From: Rebecca billardiae RCC1528
Taxonomy: Eukaryota; Protista; Haptophyta
Length of the DNA stretch: 64,000 nt
Direction: 5' to 3'
Assembly: GCA_965240325.2 (NCBI GenBank)
Contig: OZ251233.1
Span: 1,054,001-1,118,000 of the forward strand
Shown: piece by piece, positions 57,353 through 64,000 of the stretch
Position numbering within the stretch: position 1 is the stretch's first letter
Layout: every line of letters starts with the position of its first letter
The notes under the pieces: model-generated
Database searches by the model: none
What the model was told of the DNA's origin: nothing
What the model saw: the letters and a program-made list of their open reading frames with translations, nothing else
Made by a program: the position numbers and the translations under genes

Positions 57353-59005
57353 TCACTGCACGCGCTGGCACTTGGCCGCACGCTCGTCCGCAAAATCGAC
57401 GGCAAGCGTCTCCATCAGCTCCCACGCCTCAGCCGGGTCGTCGCGCTTGAACGCCGACCACTGCTCCTGCTTCACGATCGCCCTGATCTGCTCCTTCGCC
57501 AGCTTGCGCACGCGCTCCACGACACGCGCGCACCCGCCCGCCGCCTTGGCGTGCCGCAGCAGGTCGAGGCAGTTGTCCACGTCCAGCCCGGCGAGCAGCA
57601 CGTCCTCGCACCGCTGCACGACGCCGAGCAGCACGTCGCCCTCCGCACGAGCGCGCGTGCCCTCCGAGCCTGCAGCAGGCGGCGGCTGCAGCTTGCTCGC
57701 CAGCCGCAGCAGATTCAGCACCACCGACGGCTCGGTCGGCAGCGGCGCCACGCCCGCCGAGTGCAGCTGGCGCAGCAGCGCCTCGTGCGCCGCCGAGCTG
57801 AAGTCCGGGTCGGCGTCCACCTCGCGCTGACTGCCCTCAGACAGACTGCCGCACAGCTGGCGCGCGTAGTACTGCGAGTGCTGCGCGAGCAGCAGCCGGC
57901 TCGCGCCCAGCTCGGTGCCGTCCGCGCACCGCAGCACCACGTCGTGCTGCCGCGAGGGCGCGCCCACCGAGTCGCCCAGCGCACCTGGCCGCAGCGATCT
58001 GCGCACGCAGATCGCCAAGGCCGGCGCCATCCCGGCGCTCGTGCCGCTGCTCGGATCGGCCACCGAGGGCGTGCAGCTTGAAGCATCACGCGCGCTGAGC
58101 TGGCTCGCCTCTGGCCCCGCACTGTGCGCGCGGATTGCCGAGGCGGGCGCCATTCCAACGCTCGGGTCGCTGCTGCGCTCGGCCAACGTCGAGCCAGGTG
58201 AGGACCACTGAAGCCTCGCGCTGCAAGCCCCTGTTGGCTGACCCCAGCAGCGTCACGAGCGCAGGGATGGCTCCGGCCTCGGCGATCGGTGCGCGCAGCG
58301 TGTCGACACGGCAGAGCCAGCTGAGCGCGACGGCAGCCTGGCGCTGAACGCCCTCTTCGCCGACCGCAGCAGCGGCACGAGCGCAGGGATGGCGCCCGCC
58401 TCGGCGGTCGGTGTGCGCAGCGCGTCCGTACGGCAGAGCCAGCTGAGCGCGACGGCAGCCTGGCGCTGAACGCCCTCGTTCGCCGACCGCAGTAGCGGCA
58501 CGAGCGCCGGGATGGCGCCAGCCTCGGCCATCGGCGGGCGCAGCGCGTCGCTTCGGCCGAGAGCGCTCAGAGCAGCTGCAGCCTCGTGCTGCACGCGCTC
58601 CTGGTCGGACCCCAGCAGCAGCACGAGCGGCGGAACGGCCCCGGCGTCCGCGAGCGCACTGCGCACGTCCAGATGGACACCGAGGCCAGTCACGGCACGC
58701 GCCGCAGCGGCCTGCACGCCGGCGTTGCGATCGGGCGCGAGGAGCTGCACCAGCTCCGGCAGAGCCTGCGAGCCAATGATCACTCCCGCGTCAACATCCT
58801 CCTCGCCATACTCGGCGCCAAACGGCTCGAGCGCGACGATCAGAGCCTGTGCTCCCGCCGTCTCGGGGCGCATGGCGTTGACCAGGTTGGTGATCGCCTC
58901 CTGCCCGACCGACGCGCAGGCCCGCTCGATGGCCATCGCTCTGCCGCGGTGGCGGAAGGTCTTGTGGCGGCCGCGCGCAGCCTCCGGTCGTTGGACGAGG
59001 GTCGT
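57353..59005 (-). pseudogene. ARM-repeat + BTB (ARIA/ABAP1-like architecture) gene disrupted by a frameshift (near 58355) and an internal inversion (about 57982-58200)
   Basis: ARM repeats (AEAGAIPALVPLLRS) lie on the minus strand at 58200-58760, and the BTB/BACK-like region (HDVVLRCADG...SRLLLAQHSQYY...LDVDNCLDLL) at 57353-57950. The intervening ARM repeats are encoded on the plus strand. Confidence 0.75.
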
Positions 59006-59725
59006 TTAAAATCCGGGCCCCTTTTAAAATCTCAGTCTCTCAAATCAATTCGGTCGCGCACTGCGCCAAGCATGTGGCGCCGCCGATCGGCAGGGTACTG
59101 TCCGTCTGTCGGCCGGGTACAGGTGTTTGGCGCGGCTGCACTCTCGAGGTGGCTGGGATACAACATCCAGGTGCAGCACCCTCCCCGTGTGGTGTCAGAG
59201 CGCGCTCTCGAGCGCGTGCCTCCGAGCGCGGGGCGGCCGCTTGCTGCAATGGCCGCCTCGTCCTCGATGACGGATGAGGTGCGGCAACGCGCCCCTCACC
59301 TGCCTGCGCCGGTCTGTTTTGTGGCGGTGTCTTTTGTGCAGTGTTGGATGGCGTCAATCACGCCTTAACCAAGTGTGCACGTTAAAACATCTAGTAAACT
59401 GTATCTCGCCTGCCTGAGCTGTGTGCGTCTCTTATTCTTATAGTAAACTACGTATATATTCGTCGTCACTCGTCAGTTATTTGCTGTCGTATATTGCCAC
59501 CACATGCAATCGCTGTGGCACCGGCGGCTCAGTCGCTCTTCCCGTTCAGCCCGGAACAAAATCCCAACCTCGAGTATACATCATCGTCGGTGCCATATCT
59601 ATGATAGGCGCCTGCTACTTGGAGACCTCTGAGTTGGAGACCTGTCACCTGTGCTTCGCTCTTCATAGAGTCATGCAGGAGGACACAGTGACTGGCTAGA
59701 CCGACACACACACATACATACATAC

Positions 59726-61602
59726 ATGACCGCGTTCCGCGGTCCTTTTCCGTAGAACGAACGTAGTTCGGGGCCCGCGGTGGCGGTGCACCCTCCGTCG
59801 CAGTCGTCCCGTACGTAACTAGACTCCATCCAGCGGCGCGCCGCCCAGCGCCGCGCCGGCGCCGCCGCCGGCCCGGCCGGCCGGCCGGGCGCGGGCGCGT
59901 CGGCGGCTGGCGTGCGCCGAGTGTGGATGTCGGTCGTCGGCCGAGCTGCCCTCATCACAGACGGCCCTTACCTGACCCCCTGCGCGTGCGCGACGGCCGA
60001 CAGGCGGATGCGACTCGGCGTGATCGACGCACGAGCGCGACTCTTGCACGCCAGGCCACCGGCGGAGCTGACTGACAGCCAGGGAGCCGACGGCGCGGGA
60101 CCGCGGATTCGATCGACTTCGTTCGGGCCTGCCGCTGACCGTCGTCGCCGCGACGCCAGCAGCGCAGGAGTAGATGATCTGCAGGTCAGTAGGGTTCGAC
60201 CTGCGCGCCTGCGCGACGGCCAACAGGCGGGCGCGAGGCGTGAGCGACGCATGAGCGCGACTCTACGTGCACACCAGGCCCACGCGGCCGAGCTGACTGA
60301 CCGAGCCAGGGAGCACGGTGCGAGCAGCCATGCAGCACCGGTGCTTGCGCGCGCCGCGCGTGCACGGGGTGACACACCTCGGTCAGGCTCGGCACGCGTC
60401 GCAGAGGCACGGCCAGTCTCTGGGCACGCCAGGCGCCCAGGCCACGCGGAGCTGACAGCCACGGGGAGCTGACGGCGCGGGGCCGCGGCCAGTTCGACTT
60501 GCGCCTGCTCTGAAGAAGAGTTCTGGGAGACCCTGGCGGAGAGGCATGGCAAGGGGGGCGTGTGGTGATGTCGGAGACTCAGAGATCGATCAGTCCGGCA
60601 TCATGCGCCGCTGCCCCCGAGCTTGCGAGAGCCCGAACAGGCCGCGGCCAGTTCGACTTGCGCCTGCTCTGAAGAAGAGTTCTGGGAGACCCTGGCGGAG
60701 AGGCATGGCAAGGGGGGCGTGTGGTGATGTCGGAGACTCAGAGATCGATCAGTCCGGCATCATGCGCCGCTGCCCCCGAGCTTGCGAGAGCCCGAACACA
60801 GGGCGGCGGCTGCGGCGGCGCGGCTCGCGGCCGCGCGGCCGGCCGCGCAGGCATCGACAGGGCGCGGCAGGGGCGTGCGGAGTGACTAGTGAGCGGGCAC
60901 GAACGCGATGTCGACGGCCGTCGGGACCCGCCGCAGACGCGCGCTCCAGGCGCCACTCGGCACTCGCCACGCGCACCTGCCCATCGAGCGCCCCCTTGGA
61001 CCGTTGACGAGAGTCGTCGCGGCTCGCTCGCCACCCCCGAAGAAAACCTGCACACGTCCTTGGGCAGGTTTTGAGCTCGCCAGCTCGGTAAGTCGTCAGT
61101 GACTATGGAATGGGCTGGCAACGAATAGCTGCGCGGGTATTTTCAATAAGGCTTGCGGGTTTTAGACTCTAGATACCAACCGCCGCGAAGCCAAGTTCGT
61201 ATTCATCAAGGCGGAGGCAAACTACGGATGCGTGGATACGAAGCGCTGTAAATGTTCTCCAGCGTGAATACGACCCCGTGATGAAGATTTTGCCGCTAAC
61301 GATGTGTAAAAATAGCCTCAAAGAAGCTGACGCTTGTATTGGACTTGTAACCGTCCTACTGAGTCACACTCACGCCCGGCCGTCCATCCACGATTGATTA
61401 GGGGAATAGTGTGGGCGCAGATTTTTCTCCGTAATGCATGTGTAGAGAGGGTCTCAAAAATCGAAACTCGGTCTCCGCCAGCCCTAAAAATCGCCCCCCG
61501 TCCCTTTTTTCTTGATCAAAGATCTTTTTGAAACGTGGTTCGGGCCCGCTGCGGGCGCTGGTGCGGGCTCCACGCTGCGCGCTCCGCCTGCACCGCGGGC
61601 CA
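59726..61602 (-). mobile_element. Non-autonomous Helitron2/Helentron-like element, copy A
   Basis: Terminal IR CACCGCGGGCC (61591-61601) pairs with subterminal GGCCCGCGGTG (59772-59782). A terminal hairpin GACCGCG-ttc-CGCGGTC lies at 59728-59744. Both ends are shared with copy B, and the element is flanked by CA/TA microsatellites. Confidence 0.65.
60481..60798. repeat. 159-bp tandem duplication inside element A
   Basis: ggccgcggccagttcgacttg...gagcccgaaca occurs twice (60481 and 60640). Confidence 0.9.
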
Positions 61603-61605
61603 TAA

Positions 61606-61735
<130 letters not shown>

Positions 61736-61851
61736 TACAACAAGCAGGCCCTCAGTGATAGTTCGGTACTGTACTGTAGTACATGACGATACATTATAAT
61801 TACAATACCGACAAATAATGCGATCCAACAGCAAATGGCCGGACAATATAT

Positions 61852-63144
61852 ATGACCGCGTTCCGCGGTCCTTTTCTGCATAGAATCAACGCAGTTGGGG
61901 GCCCGCGGTGGCCGTGCAATCGCGGCTCTCCGCCGTAGTGGCAGTTCGCCAGTTGAAGTCGGTTCTGAGATGACTGAAGCTATATTAGTCCGACCGTCGC
62001 CCTGCCTGCGCGACCGCGAGACTCATTCACACTTCACACAATCACAGCAGCGGACCTGAGACCGCACCCGGCACCGGTCGTCAAATCGGACGTCCGTCTG
62101 ACAACTAGCTGCCAAATGTCCAACTGGCTGATCAGCTCGGATCCGACCCGTCCGCGATCGTGCCATCGGCATCGGAATTACTACTAGTAGCTGCCAAACT
62201 GTTACTGTGTCCAACTCTGGCTGATCAGCTCGGATCCGACCCGTCCGCGATCGTGCCGAGTGAGTCGTGCCGCGGAGCTCGGAGTACTGAAGGAGTCGGG
62301 TGTGACAGCAGGGTGCTTTAGCGCTGCGGCCCGTGCCAGCCAACGACCAGACGTACTCTGGCCACTTGACCCGTTGCACGGGTGAGTGACCGTACGCCCT
62401 GCCTAGTGCCTACCGCGCGCGCCGCGCGACCGGCGACTCGGGGTGATGGAGAGCGGATGGCGACAGCAGCAGCAGTCCTCATGAAGACGATGAAACTGGC
62501 GGCACGGGTGCACGAGGTGGCAGGCGAAAGCGCGCCGACGAGACCGCATTTGACACACCTGAGCCGCACGCGCGTGCCGTCACGCCGAGCGGCGAGCGCT
62601 GCAAACGCGCAACCGTACCGCGCGCGCCACGACGGCGCGGCACTAGCTGATGCAGGCCGTACTGCCGGCACTGCTTCTGCGATCATGCGCCACGGTCGCA
62701 GCTGACTGCGTGAGCAGCAAGCGGGAGGCGGGTCCGGAGGCACGTGCAGGCGCCGTCCCGCATATCCGCCGCATCGCCCATCGTGCCGGGGCACGTCACC
62801 TCCGACGATCCGGATGTGGCCCAGTCCGGACGTCACGCGATCCGGGAAGACGAGTACGATTCGCTCGTAACGAACCGTTACACTAATGTCACGTCCAGCT
62901 GACGTCCAGATCGCACTTTACTTAAGGGAATCAGCTGGGCGCGGTTTTTTTTGGCCTGATAGACCTCTCAATGCGATCTCAAAAACTCGAAACTCGGTCT
63001 CCGCCAGCCCTAAAAATCGCCCCCCGTCCCTTTTTTTCCGCCGCCCCCCGTCCCTTTTTTCTTGATCAAAGATCTTTTTGAAACGTGGTTCGGGCCCGCT
63101 GGTGCGGGCTCCACGCTGCGCGCTCCGCCCTGCACCGCGGGCCA
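61852..63144 (-). mobile_element. Non-autonomous Helitron2/Helentron-like element, copy B
   Basis: Hairpin at 61854-61870, subterminal IR at 61900-61910 and terminal IR at 63133-63143. About 150 bp of the right end matches 61452-61602, while the interior shows no evident similarity to copy A. Confidence 0.65.
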
Positions 63145-63377
63145 CGATAGTGTCAGCCGGCGTCGGACGTATATTGATATTGCGATACTGTACGTAGTAG
63201 CGGTAGCTAGTACAGTTTATTTACTCAGTTTATACTGGCACGCAGTCAGGCTCAGGGCCCCGCTGGGCGCGGCCCAAAGCGTCTTTCAAAGCGGTATATC
63301 GTTTAGTTTGACCGGGTCAGACTTTGGCGCAGCTGCAGCCCTCTCAGGCGGCAAGCTGGGAAGCCGTCCGACCAGCC

Positions 63378-64000
63378 TCAACCGGCCGTCGCGGCGGCGC
63401 GAGCGCTGGCACTGGCAGTGCCCCCGACACTGCCCTCGCCGCCGGCTCGGGCACGTCTCAGATCGATGCCGGTGAGCTCGGCGTGCGCATCCAGCTGCCG
63501 CTCGAAGAGCTCCTGGATGCGCGCGTAGATGGCGAGGTCGGCCGCCAGGTGCGCGCGCACCGCCGTCGAGTTGGCCGCGCGCGCGCGTAGCTCGGCGGCG
63601 CGCCCGGCCCAGCGCTCCGAGCCGTGCGTGACACGCTGGCCGGCGGCGCCGGTCGGCGCGCTGACGAACTCGTCGAAGCCGAGCGCCTCGCGGAACAGCG
63701 CCATCGACTCGCCCCACCGCTCCGTCAGGCCAAGCACGGCGAACATGCTCGGCAGCTCCTCCAGCAGCGCGCCGAGCGCCGAGCGGCCGGCGGCCGTGTC
63801 GGCGCGGTCGAGCCCTCTGAGCGCGCGCTGCAGCGTGAGCCACTTGCCGAGGTCGTGGCACGTGTGCGTGCGCTTGCACAGCGCGGCCTTCTGGAACGCG
63901 TACCACGGCCGCTCGACGGGCGGCACGCCGTGCTGTGCCAGCAGCCGCGCGAACGCCGGCATCGAGGGCACGAGCAGCTGACGAAACAGGAAGTTGCCCC
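63378..64000 (-). CDS. Sulfotransferase-family protein, C-terminal part (start beyond window)
   Basis: The frame is open to the window edge (GNFLFRQLLVPSM...). FAVLGLTERWGESMALF and ADLAIYARIQELFERQL fit the C-terminal motifs of Golgi-type sulfotransferases. Confidence 0.6.
   Translation of the reverse strand, partial: GNFLFRQLLVPSMPAFARLLAQHGVPPVERPWYAFQKAALCKRTHTCHDLGKWLTLQRALRGLDRADTAAGRSALGALLEELPSMFAVLGLTERWGESMALFREALGFDEFVSAPTGAAGQRVTHGSERWAGRAAELRARAANSTAVRAHLAADLAIYARIQELFERQLDAHAELTGIDLRRARAGGEGSVGGTASASARAAATAG

Overview
Very GC-rich eukaryotic genomic DNA with spliceosomal introns (GTGCG/GTACG...CAG), TTAGGG remnants and microsatellites. The composition and intron style resemble a haptophyte such as Pavlovales, but this is inference only. 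Protein genes: an SLC10-type symporter (5' part only), an EGLN/PHD-type prolyl hydroxylase, a secreted or membrane-anchored M43 metzincin with four tandem two-domain repeats, an ABCC-type ABC transporter, a six-copy tandem array of PHO80/cyclin-P-like genes, an LRR-TRP-channel fusion, an F-box/beta-helix protein, a class I cytochrome c peroxidase, a broken ARM-BTB gene with an internal inversion, a frameshifted ABM-like small gene and a sulfotransferase 3' end. The most striking non-coding structure is a tRNA-Arg(CCG) gene with an atypical C33 and U73, preceded by about 8 kb of 216-bp satellite. Each of the 36 further units carries a degenerate copy of the tRNA's 5' half plus its 5' flank. Mobile DNA comprises a complete 1.5-kb copia-like TRIM (LTRs, TSD, PBS, PPT), TA-flanked Tc1/mariner-like MITE ends, two Helitron2/Helentron-like non-autonomous elements, and two long inverted duplications at gene 5' ends. 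All family calls come from motif recognition by eye; no database search was run.
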